The translations under genes and the position numbers were made by a program. DNA of 64,000 nt. It comes from Pseudovirgaria hyperparasitica. Lineage: Eukaryota. The DNA lies in assembly GCA_010093815.1 (NCBI GenBank), contig ML996574.1, one strand, 5' to 3'. Below, in pieces: positions 24,301 through 37,021 of the stretch. Every line of letters begins with the position of its first letter. Positions within the stretch are counted from its first letter, which is position 1. The notes below the pieces were generated by a model, which worked only from the letters and a program-made list of their open reading frames with translations, did no database searches and was not told the DNA's origin.

Positions 24301-27300
24301 AGAGATATATCTAGGACACCTCTCTAGTAGAGATAATATAGAAGACCTATGGCGCCTATTCGGGCTTAGAGGAGTATAGATACTTAGGCCTTCGTTAGCC
24401 CTTTATATATCTATTTACTCGGTTCCTTCTAAGGCCCTCGGATCTATTCTAGATACCTATTCTATTAGGAGGCCCACTAGGCTTTAAGTACCTCCCTCTA
24501 TTTATCCTAGATCTACGACCGTATAACGCGGCTAAGCTTCTTAGAGCTCTATTAGCTCGGGACGGTATCCGGGTTATTTCGAACCTCCTATATAGTCTAG
24601 CTCGAGTCCGCCTCTATATGGTATTTATATTATACTCGAGTTTATTCTATAGTAGGGAGGGCCTAGTAATACGCGCGGATACGTGTGCGTAGTACGGCGA
24701 AGGTATATACTCTATCTCCTCCACGTTCTTATGCTTATTATTTAGTAAAGTATATAAGTCTCTATATCTAGTAGAAGTCCTATATACTTATTACGTTTAT
24801 CTCGCGTTAGAGGAGTATTATATTAGTAGCTTTATATACGCCGGAGATAAGGCGGAGTATACGGTTTTATATAGACTTAAGCTTTACCCGCCAAGCTTAT
24901 ATAAGGGCCGTATACTAGTACTCGTGTCCGTATATAAAGGCTAGGCGTACTAGGGAGACGTATAGCTGTCTCACCTTATCCTGGGCTATTCTCTATATAG
25001 ATGCCGTAATCCGGCGTATAGCGGTTTCTACCTAGAGGGCTCTAGAGACGGCGTGTGCCACCTATGGTCCCTATTTTAGCTTATTATTAATTATAACGCC
25101 GAGTGCTCGTATACTCTATACTAGTAGTTCTATAAAGGCGTCGATTTAGGGACGACGTGCCCCCTCCCTAGTAGCCTATTCTCTATAGCGGTTAATAAAG
25201 TATATAAGCTAGTATTTTTTAGGTGCGAATTTTACTCCGTGGCGCTTTACCCACTAGATGCATTTCTTGTAGTCTTATTCGAGTCGTATACATGTTCTAC
25301 TAGTACTACTATCGACCGTAAGGAGGTATATATCGTCCGCGTATCCGACTACCTCTATATATTCTATTCTCTAAAGGAGGTCTACTATAAAGAAGAGGAA
25401 GAGGATCGGGGAGATGGTACTCCCTTACGGGATGCCGTATACCGTCTCCTTATATTCGCTTCGGTATCCGGGGATATATATTTAAGTAGTCCTTTACGCG
25501 AGGAAGGACTATATAAATTATATAATCTACTTAGGTATTCGCCTTATCCGGAGGTTATAGATAAGTCTTATATGGTTTACCTTATTAAACGCCCCTACTA
25601 TATCTAGGGAGAGTAGCGTAACGACTCGTCCTTATTTCTATATAGTCTAGATAACCTCGAGGATGTGTTAAATAGCTATAATTAGGGAGCTTTCTACCTT
25701 CGCCTTCTGGTTTACTAGGAGAAGGCCGTGTACCTATACTACTATACTTATCTTCTTAGTAATCGTAGCTTCTAGTACCTTACTAAGGTAGAAGAGAAGG
25801 GCGATCGACCTCCATCCCTTCGGCGTGTTTAGACTCTTCCCTAGTTTTAGGAGTATAACTATATATATAGTTCGGAAGCTCTATAGGTAGTATCCTATAC
25901 GGGCGCACGCTCGGAATATATAGCCTATAATTAGTAAGGTCGCCTATATAGTCCTCTTAAGGCATCGATTTAGAATTCCGTCTAGTCTAGGCGCTTTATC
26001 GTTCGGGAGTATCTTAATAGCGCCGAGTATATCGTCGTCCGTAATTTCCCTAGGGATACTCACGGCTTCCGGGTATTCCGTGCCGTCGATATCTAATAGA
26101 TCTACGGGTTCTAGGAGAGGGAATATAACCTCTTATAGGATCTCTATTTTCTTAAGGCTCGTGGAGTATATCTTTTCTTAATATATAAGAGGGGGTATAA
26201 GTAGTATAGGTGTCGGGGAGGCGGTGCTTTTAGCCTATTTTACTATATACCATAGTCTAGTAGTATTACGTGTGTGTCTATCCGTAACTATACGCTACTA
26301 TTTATGTCGCTTATTACGGAGGACCTTATCTCGTTATCTTCTCGCCTCTCTCTATTCATTCTACGCTTTAGATATACGGTTATAGTATACGCGTATATAT
26401 AATCTCCGGACTTCTCGCCTATACTCTCGTACTTAAGGTATACTTTTCGGGTCTAGGGGTCTATATATTTAGTACGGCACGTGTTTATCTCTTACTCCCT
26501 AGTACGCCTATAGGAGTATATTCACGGCCTGGTCGATGGCCGGGCTATTAGATACGTCGACTATAGACGGGTCTAGAATTATCGATTCCAGGTCCTTTAG
26601 GTACTTTTTCTAGTTAGTATCCTTCTATAGCTATCGCCCTCGTTAGTCTTAAGAGATAGATATATCTATTACGGTCTCTATATATTCGTAGTCGGAGTCT
26701 ATCTATATAAGGCTTAGGCGGTAGTATTAAGTCCTATTATAAATATATCTAGTGGCTAGGGTAAGGTCGAGTGTAGATCCGCCCTTATCTTATTTATATT
26801 TTCGCTAGATAATCTATTCTACTAGTATAAGAAGGTATAGAAAGCCGTGATATCGGGTACGTAGTTCTCTAGCTCGAAGCTCTTCGCGGGTAACGGTTAG
26901 TCTACCCTACTAGCTATAATAGAGGTTAAAGTCTCCTAGGAGGATATATTATCCTAGCTTGGTAGTACTCTTAAGCATGTTATCTGCCTAAAGCGATCGG
27001 TTCTAATTATATATATTATATATATAGAGGAGTCTAATATTCATCTAGAGGTATAGTATTATCCAGAGGTTATCCCGTTTAGTATACGACTATAATAAGA
27101 GTAGAATAGACTTATAGATATAGAAGAGGACTCTCCTCTCCGGTCCTAGGGGGTATATTATATAATATTCTAGGTGTGTTATTGGTTTATTCGTCTGGTA
27201 GTATTTATATAGCTCCTATATAGCGAGTATTATAGCTCCGGTCTCCTTAAGGAGTATCGCCTAGTTCTTATATTTATACTATACGTTTATCTATATAATT

Positions 27301-30300
27301 AGGAGTATATCTTAGTCTCTTATTAGGTGCTAGGGAATGTATAGGCCTATATATTCGTTCCTCTAAGACGCGACTATCCTTATACGGCGGCGGCCTTAGT
27401 AATTCCTTAGGGCCGTCCTATTATTAGCTTTCTCGGGATAGTTTACTATTCCTAACCGCTTCCTCGTAAGGAGGTAGTCTATAGTAGTAGTATTATAGTA
27501 AAGAGAGGAACGGTAGTAGGTCGCATCGTTTATAGCTACCTTACTCTCTTTATCCGGATTAAGTAGATATATTCGGTAATCTATTTACGTTTTATACACG
27601 TAGCCGACTATAACGGGTGCTTACCGTCGTAGTTAGAGTACTTCGCCGTGTCCCTATCCCTCTAGCCCTCTCCTCGTGTCCTATAGGGGCACTCCTAGGT
27701 ACTATATTCTTATCGATACTATCTATACCTAGTCTTTTAGGAGTACCGCTATGCCGTATACCCGTATCCCTAATAGTTAAAGCACTATATTATCGCCCAT
27801 GCTCTATCCCATAGTTCCGCCATAAGAAGCTCCCCTTCCGCTAGGAATCCCTCTTATATAATTTAATACGCGAGGGCGGGGTTCTTAAGCTCTACTATTA
27901 TAGTAGAGTATACCTTCGATCTGGTTTTAATCCCTTATATATTCTTCTACCATGCTCTTATAATCTTAATCTCTAGGTATTTTCGCTCGTTTAACTATTC
28001 TATCCGCGTGATATCCTCTTCTCTAATAATCTATCCGCTTACGGGTATAGAGTATACCTATATCGGGTATATAGCCGCCCTAATAGAGGCGCCTAGAAAG
28101 ATACTACTAATCGCGTTCGGATCGCGCGAGATAGTCTACTACGCGATATTCGTTATCGTAGTAAGTACTACTCCTCCTAGCGTGAGTTTAGCGGCGATAA
28201 CGTTTAACTATATTCCCTTTTATTTATTAATCTTACTTACTATATCCTTTAGGGATACTTACTAGACCTATACTAGGGTGTCCTTATCCTAGATTACGAC
28301 GTATATACTATACGCCACGTCGCCGGTCTAGGGGGCCCGTAGTATAGCCTCCGGTGTTACTACTATTTATATCTATATACTAGGGCGCTTACCTTAAGTA
28401 AGTTCCTCCTAGATTCTATATAGGCTAGCCTCTATTTAGTCGAGCCTACCCTCTAGTCCTCCTAGTTATATCTTCTTCTCCTCCTCCGTAATTCCCTTTA
28501 GATTCTAGATAAGGTCCTAGAATATATATAGAAGGGTCTTCTAGCCCTCTCCGGCTTCCTTCTCTATATATACTACCTAGTAGTTAATATAATCTAGGAG
28601 GGTTTCCCCTCTCGGGGTCTTCTTTATTCCGTCTATCTATAGCGGCGTACGCCTTTAGGTATGTTCTACGTTTTAGATAGGTATATAGTTACCCTCGGTA
28701 ATGTCGCTATATGGCCTTTTCTATTATACCGGTAGGGGTATATCCGGTATATACCGGGGTATATTAGTGCCTAAGGCCGCTATATTTATTAGTTAAGGGC
28801 TACCCTTAACTAATAAAAGGGGGTCGGCGTATTAGCGTTCTAGTAGCGTGGTCCGTGCCTCTATCTCCGTAAGGATTTTAAGAGGGTATATATATATCTT
28901 TACACGGCGATAGCGTCTTGGTTTTAACGCTACACGTACGTGCGTATAGTAGTAGTTAGTATACTTAGTATACTCTATCGATTAAGGTGTATATCTCGCT
29001 GTATTACCCCGAATGGACCAAGTTAGCCTCTTAGGGATATAAAAGAAGTTTTCTATTTCTAAGTATACTATTCTATTAGTATATTCTATATTAAGTCCTT
29101 TAAATATAGATAGCTTATATAGTTCTTCTTTACTATTATAGGGTATTTTTAGTTTATCTACTATAGTTAGAGAGATAAAATTAGACTATACTCCGCTATT
29201 AATTAGTACTTTAATAGAGTATCTTTAATAGAGCTAAATTTTAAGAGATATTTATATTTCGTTGTCTAAGCTACTAATAGATATAAGAGATTTTCTTTTT
29301 AGCTTAGTTATTTCTCTTAGTACGTCTAGCCTTCCTAGTTTTTTTATAGCTTACTAAGTTCTTATTCCATTTCTTATATAAATTAGATTATAGATTAAAC
29401 TTATTTCTTAATTTCGCCTAAATCTACTTAAAGGTTATACTATATAATAGTCTTAGATATTAAATAAGTTCGGTACGTAACGTCCGGGTATTAGATATAT
29501 TAGTTCTCTAGATAAATCTTATTTTCTATCTATTTTAATATAAAGTAGTTTTTATTAGCTTCCTTAGTAATTATTTTATACTATTATATATCTTTATCTC
29601 TAAAGACTTTTAGAATTACTTAATTTTAATAATATTATAGAAACTATTTCTAGGTTTATTTCTTATAAAGGTAGCGAAGATAGTTATTATAAATATAAGT
29701 AACCTAGGAAGTCTTACCGTGTTCCTTATAGTAGGGTAAAATAAGTTAGTTATCTTCTAATTAGATTTCTACGCCTCTTCTAGATAGATCTCTATTATTC
29801 TTATCTATATACTTTCTATAGTAATAGATAATATAGTAAGTAATAGAGTCTTATATTATTATTAACTTATTATATAGTTTCTCTATAGTAAGGGTTTCTT
29901 TCTTACTATCTTCTTCTATAGTACTTCCTTTAATTATTACTTCTTTAGATATTATTTCTTTAGTTAATTTAGATCTTCTTATTACTTCTAAGTACTTCTA
30001 TAGTTCTACTTTTTTATAAAGTAATAGGGGTTATTTACTAGCTATTAAAATATTTCTTTTCTTTAGATACTAATCTATACTATCTTTTTCTAACTTATAT
30101 ATAAAATAGAGGTTATTAGTATAACTAGTCTATAATATAGCTATATAAGGTACTTCTTCCTTTTCTATAGTAAAGTTCCCTTATCTTAGTACCGGGTCTT
30201 TAATCTAACTTTTCTTATTCTTATTTTTCGGATATTCGCGTATATAGTATCTCTTTTTCTTATAGTAGAGATACTTACCTTTCTTCTTTAGTTACTCCTT

Positions 30301-31806
30301 TTCTTTATTAGATAGTTATTTTATCTATAAGGCGCTAAGCTCTATAGGTATAGGTCTATTATAGAATTCCTTATATAAGTAGTTTAGGGCTTTATTAATA
30401 TAGCTCTTTCTTATATCTTATTTAAGTATAGATTAAAAGACCTTCTTCCCTCTTTTCTCGTAGTATGTCTTATATAGTAAGTTATTAATCTAGACTATAA
30501 GCTTAATATACTCCTAGAGATTAGTAGAATAGTCTCTCTCTCTAGAGATTTCGTCCTTAATATTATTATATAATCTAGTATAGAACTAGAGAATTAGGGG
30601 TTTATTATTCTATTCTAGCTAACTAGAGATTTATTAGAACTTTAAAGTATAGTTAGACACGGATTTTATCTAGACTATTTACTAGATCCGTCTCTTAGCT
30701 ATTCTTTATTTATCTATATCTCTAAAAGTTATCTTAATATATTCCTTAAATTCTTTAAAGTATTTAAAGACCTTAGTAGTATTATTCTATTAATTCTATA
30801 GATTATTTTCTATAAAGTCCCTTAAATAGGGCTTAAACTATATAAGTATATCTCCCTTTAGTAGTCTAGTAGTAAATATAACTTATTCTTCTAGGTTCTA
30901 AATTTAATAGGCCTAGAGGTATATTCTAATCTATATTAGAAATCCTTAGAGTTTACTTCGCTTATCTTTAAAAGATTCTAGGATTTTTCTTTTAAAGCTC
31001 TCTTTAGCTTTTCTAAGTTTAACGTTTTCCCTCTAGAGCTCTACGACTTACTCCCCTAGTTCTATAATAAGATATTTAACTTATTCTATAGTTAGTACTT
31101 ATAGGGTAGTTCACGAAGATAAGGATTATCTATTATTTACTATTTTATATTTAAATAGATAGCGTGAATACTTACTTTAGAGTCTAAGATAAGTAATTAA
31201 ACTATAATAAACCTTCCTTAATAAGGGTACGGCTTATCCCTAAAGTAGTCTATTCTATAGAGTATTCTAGCTTTTCTAAAGGTAAAGATTCTTAGAAGGC
31301 TCTAAGAGATATAAGTGTAAAAAGGGCAGGTATAAATAGATATATAATATTCCTTATATAAGGAATATATATCTAAATAGAGTTATATAATAGGATCTAG
31401 CCGTAATAGACTATTATATAATAAACGGATCGGCGGAGTATAGCTTAAAGATAATAAGAATATAGTATAATTCTTAAAGTAAAGACTAGATAGAGAGAGA
31501 ACTAAATACATAGAGAGACCGTTCCTTATATATTCCTCCTTATACATTCTAGATCCTTCTCTTAATTAATAATAGAAATCTTCTAGACCTCTAGACGTAC
31601 GTATACATTCTATAGCTCTAGTAGTTTCCTTAGAATAGAATAGAGTAGAGTAGAACTCTATAGAACTTATAGACTCTATAGTAGAACCTAATAGAACTCT
31701 ATAGAAGTTCGTGTTTCTAAAGACCTCTAGAAGTTTCTAGAGGGTTCTAGAAACTTCTATAAGAGTATAGAGTATTTATATATATAAGTAGATAATATTA
31801 GTAATA
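21340..31806 (-). mobile_element. Ty3/Gypsy LTR retrotransposon (5' LTR ~31203-31806, gag, protease, RT-RNaseH, integrase truncated at 21340), split by a LINE at 23761-29050; RIP-degraded
   Basis: Gag-like frame at ~30800-31000, protease LI(D)SG(A) at ~29190-29210, YDLIL..WLKEVNP at ~23650, and integrase ISIDFI...LTKYAYF...S(D)RDKLF...AY(H)(P)(Q)(T) at 21340-21650. Right end of the LTR is approximate. Confidence 0.85.
23761..29050 (-). mobile_element. Full-length Tad1-like LINE (ORF1 with CCHC knuckles; ORF2 APE-RT-RNaseH-CCHC), 5.29 kb, 17-bp TSD; RIP-broken
   Basis: TSD ttctatttctaagtata at 23744-23760 and 29051-29067. (ATT)n-type 3' tail at 23761-23775. RT motifs GIP*GSTISPILFLFF and GYADDIYLL (~25330-25440), APE ILLGDFNL (~26930), RNaseH-like FIYTD (~24930), ORF1 CFN(C)*GYG(H) (~27770). 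Confidence 0.92.
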
Positions 31807-31885
31807 TTAATTACTAATATTAAGCTATTCCTAATAAGGAAGTATCTTATATAAACTTATTAGATATAGTAGAGGTTAAGTTTAT

Positions 31886-32307
31886 AATAAGTAGGTTTAT
31901 AGTAAGTATTAATAGGGTATAAATAGTAACTAGCTAGTAGGCGAGTAAAGTAGTAATTATATTAGTATAAGTTTAAATTAATTACTATAGAACTATCTCT
32001 AGAGGTTAGGTCTAAGGGATCTATATAGTTCTACTAAGGTCCTCTAATTAGAATACTTATTCTAAGTATTTAGTATATTACTTAGAATACTAATATTCTA
32101 TTTCTAATTACTAGGTAGATTACTTAGAATACCTATTCTAAGTACCTATAATTAGCTCTTTCTATAGGTATCTATCTCGGCCTTAGGTTACTACCTAAGG
32201 CTATCTATTATATTATAGGTATCTCTTCTATATACTATACTATCTCTTACGCTACTCGTGCTAGAGTCTACGTATCCTTCTATGGCTCTAGCTAGTAATT
32301 TATTATA
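31886..32307 (-). repeat. LTR family A, copy 2 (inverted relative to 20811-21232)
   Basis: Reverse complement matches 20811-21232 along its whole length, mostly with transition differences. Confidence 0.85.
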
Positions 32308-33829
32308 GTTCTAGATAAATCTAATTTTATTACTATCGTTTATAAATAGATAGAAGAATTAGCTATATTAATAAGTCTATATATAGAAACTCTTTCTACT
32401 TTTACTATTAAAGTAAGATAGTTTCTTAGGTTAGAGTAATTAAGATAGTAGTAGACTAGAATAGACTATTTTAGTTAGTATAGATCTATATAAATATAGA
32501 TTAGTTATTACTAGAACTAAAGCGCGTAATATAGCTTTAAGTCTTATAATATATCCTTAAGCTTTATTAAGTTTACGTAGTTATTACTTAAGTTAAGTCT
32601 AATATTACCTCTCTTTATATAGTCTAGTATATATATTATTATAAGATATAGTTAACGTTAGACGATTCTAATAGATTAAGTTATTAATATTAATAGGGTC
32701 TAGTCTTATATTAAGGTTAGATCTAGTATAGTTTAAACTAGACTAAGATAGAGTATAGTAGACTCTATTCTTATATTCTATAATATCTTCTATAGTTATA
32801 CGGAATATTATATAAGTTATTAGTATAATAGTCTATAAGGTATAGTTATTAGTAGAGGTAGTTATAGATAGACTATTCTTCTTATTTAAGTAGAGAGAAG
32901 GTCTACTATAAGAGGTGGTACTACGAGTATTATAATAAGTAGTTAGAGCTATTTCTATAAACTATTATTATACTATATAAAGAGAAATTAAAATATAAGG
33001 ATTATAGACATAGAATAGTAGTCTAATAGGTTATAGAAGGATTTAGAAATATATTTAAAAGGGTAGTCTACTCTTATAATAAGGTTAATTTCTAAAGAGT
33101 AGAAATTAAGTATATATAGTCTACTTATATAGTACTCTCGCTTAATCTAGCTAACTTAACCTAGATCTATCTATTATAAGACCGTACTAGACTATAGTAG
33201 TCTAGTTAAGTCTATTCTAGTATTAGTTCTAATACTAATTTATATAGATTATTATAGATTATTATTATTACTAGCTATATATAGTATAAAAATTAGTAAA
33301 CTATATAAATTATACTAAAACTATAGTAAATCTATATAAATCTATATCTATAAGAATTAGATAATATATCTAATAATCTAAAAAACTCTATAATAAGTTA
33401 TAAAGTTTTTTAAAGAAAGAAATATTTCTTAGAAAAGATTTAAATATAGATAGTATCTAGACTTATCTAATTATATTACGTAATACGCTAGGTCTAATTA
33501 GGTAATTCTATCTATATAAAAATTTAGAATAGATAAAATCTAGTTTATTAGAAAAACGCTTATATAATTCTTAGATTAGTAGATATCTATATATATCTAA
33601 GATAAAGTATAGAGAACGACTAAGGTCTTATAAGACTTAGAATAGAAATATAGAGATAGATAATAATCTAGATTACTAAGGGTAGCTTCCTAAAGAAAGA
33701 GGATAATTATTAGAACTTAGTCTTAGATATAACCTAATCTATATATATCTTAGCTAATATAGTTAGAAGGTAGCGTAAAGGATAGTAAATAGTTATATAC
33801 TAGATAGATTAGCGTCTCTTTATATATAT

Positions 33830-34586
33830 ACTCTTAGATTTCTACTAAAAGGGTTTAATAGTAATTTATTCTATAATAGAATATACTCTATTATTCTATC
33901 TAACTATACTACTATCTAATAACTCTATTCTTATATTCTTAGTAGACTAGCCTTAATTTAGTCTAGTCTAGACTCTAGACTTACTTCTAGTATCTATTTT
34001 ACTTCTATAGTAAGCTTTTTAATATTCTAGACTAGACTCTAGAAGATATTAAGAAGAGTAGTCTCTTCTTTCTTAATCTCTCTCTCTATATATACTATCT
34101 AGTATTTAATCTTATCTATAAGAGTATCTCTAAGTAGAGTTCTCTTTATCTTAGTTATCTATAGTATTTTATACTCTTAGTTATTTTTTATTTTTTAGAT
34201 AGTAGATTAGTTATTCTAGAATATACTACTATATAGCTATTTCTATTATACTAATAGTAGGGGTATACCTAGTAGAAGCTAGGGTATATTAGTATCTAAG
34301 ACTACTATAATTATTAGTTAAGGGCTATCCTTAACTAATAAAAGAGAGTTAGTATATTAGTATTTATTAGTAGTAGTCTATACTTATTACTCTAAAGAGT
34401 TTTTAAGTATATATATATAGTATCTCTATATATTAGTACCATTATATATTATATACTATATATATATATATATATATATATTAAAGGTTATTATACTTAG
34501 TATACTCTATAAATTAATATATATAGATTACTATATCGCTCTAAATTAACTAGTTTTAGTCCCTTAGAGTGTAAGAAGTTTTTTTA
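33830..34586 (-). mobile_element. 5' fragment (5'UTR + start of ORF1) of a second, more heavily RIPed Tad1-like LINE
   Basis: Shares the ttattagttaagggcta(c/t)ccttaactaataa hairpin, tatacttagtatactctat and the 5' terminus aacttctt with 28740-29050. Left end approximate. Confidence 0.7.
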
Positions 34587-34601
34587 GATAGATAGTAGGG
34601 T

Positions 34602-34780
34602 AAAAAGTATATAAAAATACTTATTATAGATAGAGCTATAAAACTAGTAACTAGATTTTTAAATTAGACTCTAGTTAATTTAATATATAGTAAAAGATGA
34701 ATTTTTGGACGTGATTTTAGTAAGGGCGTTAGCGGAGCTAGATAAAACATTATATCTTTTTATAATTCCCTTGGAATTTA
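34602..34780 (+). repeat. ~180-bp dispersed repeat, copy 2, at the AT/GC boundary
   Basis: Collinear with 2151-2329; right half less RIPed. Confidence 0.8.
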
Positions 34781-34979
34781 ACGTATTTCATGACGTTACG
34801 GCTACTATGTACGATAATATTTAAAGAGCTTATTTACTATGGAACAACGTTATATCGCGCACGAGCGTGCATGCCAAGAGTTGTACTGAAAAAGTTTCGG
34901 ACGGATGTTTAACAATAACTCCTAAGTAAGAAAGTCTTTGTTCTAAGCTGGCTATGATAGTCTATTAGACCTATGCATA

Positions 34980-36429
34980 TTATATAACCTTCTCTACTTC
35001 TATTACACTCTCGGAAATACCGTCAGATGCAGGGTACGTTGCGGCGATTTTTAGACCAGCTCGTTCGATTAGTGTCTTCCACTGTCGCTCGCTTCGCTCG
35101 CCGACCGCCAGGAGCGACATCATGTTCATATCTTGAGTTGATGCCCAGACGCTTGAACCAGTCTCGGGGATACATATCTCATGTACTATGAGCTTCGAAT
35201 AGCCTGGAGTCATTACGTCTGCTAAATGCTTTAACAGCTCCACATTCTTCTCGTCGGGAAAGTCATGCATAACTTACCTGAGATAATATGCGCGAGCACC
35301 TGGACGGTGTTAGCAAGTGATCTCGACATGTGCTGTCATGGGACATAGGTTGGACAGGAAGTACCTCTGGTGACCTCGGGCTGAGATGTGAAAATGTCAT
35401 GAGCCAAGTGTTCAATATCCAACTCCGGCCTTTTTGGTGCTTTCGCGATCACGTCAGGCGTATCTTGTACATAGAGCTTCCCTGGAAGCTCCTTGAATGC
35501 CTCTTTGAGAGCGACGGTACGTTGTCCGAAGTTTCCGCCAACGTCGACGAGCATGGCGGTGTCTCGCGCGGCCTGATAACCATCAATCAAGGCTTGCACT
35601 GGATATTGACGGAAGAATTGAGTACTGCCTTGAGCGAGTCCCGTGATTAAGATGCTGAATCCAGCTCCACTTTGAACTCCTCTTGCGGCCTGTTCTCCGA
35701 AAATCTCATAAAGAGATTTTCCCTTGACGTCAAACGCGTGCTGTACTGCAGTATCCAGTGCGTTGCTCGGGTTTAAATAGCCTGACGAGCTAAGAAAGCC
35801 CGGTAAAGCCTCATAGGTCTTCTTCATGAAGATTGCGCTATCAATGTGTTAACGGTAGGCAAGCGTGTACCTCTGAGTCGAGTCTTCTTACCTATCTCCC
35901 AGCCCAACTTCAGCGAATTTGGCAAACGAAGGGCTCAGCGCATACTGATTTGTGGTCCTTTCTTTCACTGCGCCATGTGCCACCAGACCTTTGAGGATGC
36001 GACCTAGGGGCGTTATTTGCTCGTGCTCTTAGTAGCAAGACCTCTACGACTTACCGAGGAGTACATCATCGACTTTTACTATCTCGGCAAGTTCCTCTGA
36101 CTTCCACGGTGTTGGTCGACTAGCAAGAAGAGGGAAGAGTTTGAGGTCCCAGGCAACGTTGAAATATGCATGCTCTGCAGGCTGTATAGCGTCGTCTGTC
36201 AGCATAGAAGGTATGTCTAGAGCAATGCTGCAAAAGGGGAGGGCCGGTATACCTGATTACAAATGACACGCGCCAGCATATCGGCGGGCTGCTCAATTGC
36301 CCGGCTAAGTGCTGTGCTTGCATCATAAAGGCGAGAGTGTAGCTCCGGGTTATCTTTTAGTCCGGCTGGACTCCTCGTGAAAGCTTCAATGTGAGCTACG
36401 AGCTCTGCTGGGGTAATCGAAGAAGACAT
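34980..36429 (-). CDS. Fungal SAM-dependent O-methyltransferase (family 2), multi-exon
   Basis: Exon 1 MSSSITPAELV...ICNQ, SAM motif MLVDVGGNFG, then HDIFT.QP and YYLR..MHDFPDE...KLIVHE...ERSERQW. GT-AG introns link the ORF-track pieces. Confidence 0.88.
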
Positions 36430-37021
36430 GCTGTTGAGTAGACGAGAGAACCAAGGTCTGCGAATTAAGAGGAAGAAGAGGAAGAAGAGGAAGAAACAAG
36501 ACTAATGAGCTCAGATGCCCGGGGAGAGTAGGGTCGTAACGTGTCACAGGACCTACGCTGATTTTGGCATCCCTTGAGTCGCGGGCGGTTAGCATCATAT
36601 GAATGCATTTGGGGCAGGGCCCCGTGTCCTCGACATATAACATCCAACCACAGGTACATGCTATTCTGCTCTCGTACGTAGTGATATGGCACTAACGATG
36701 GCTTTCGGTTGGTTGCAGTTTTACGCCAATATACATGGGTCTGACCGGCTTCGTGATGCATGTGCATACCGTGACAACTGTGCCACCAAAGAATACAAGG
36801 AGGTCCTGGCCGTGTCACGATTATTCAGCCCGAGGCATTCATCCACCGTGCCTCTCTTGGCGCTTTTGGCTCGTCGCACATACTACGTACGTATATTGAG
36901 AATCTACGACCCTCTCTTAGCTACCTGACGATGTACTCTATACAGTATTAAAATGTCGTCCTTCTGCTTCCTACCCTATCACGTGCTCTCTATGTGGCCC
37001 ATAAAAGGCCCACTGAAGGCC

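Larger units (their letters stand above)
1..34800. other. AT-rich, RIP-mutated transposon compartment
   Basis: Strong TpA excess and CpA/TpG depletion by inspection. Recognisable TE frames are broken almost only by TAA/TAG at expected Gln/Trp positions. Abrupt switch to balanced-GC genic DNA at ~34,800-34,980. Confidence 0.95.

Noticed and set aside
25239..28265. Plus-strand ORFs 25239-25607, 27617-27814, 28008-28265
   Set aside because: Antisense to LINE RT and ORF1.
32308..33830. Possible chromodomain/PPT/LTR of another retrotransposon
   Set aside because: Only faint hints (FLFK*REG, purine tract near 33057); too RIP-saturated to call.
34455..34481. (TA)n run
   Set aside because: Simple microsatellite or RIP end-product within the LINE fragment.
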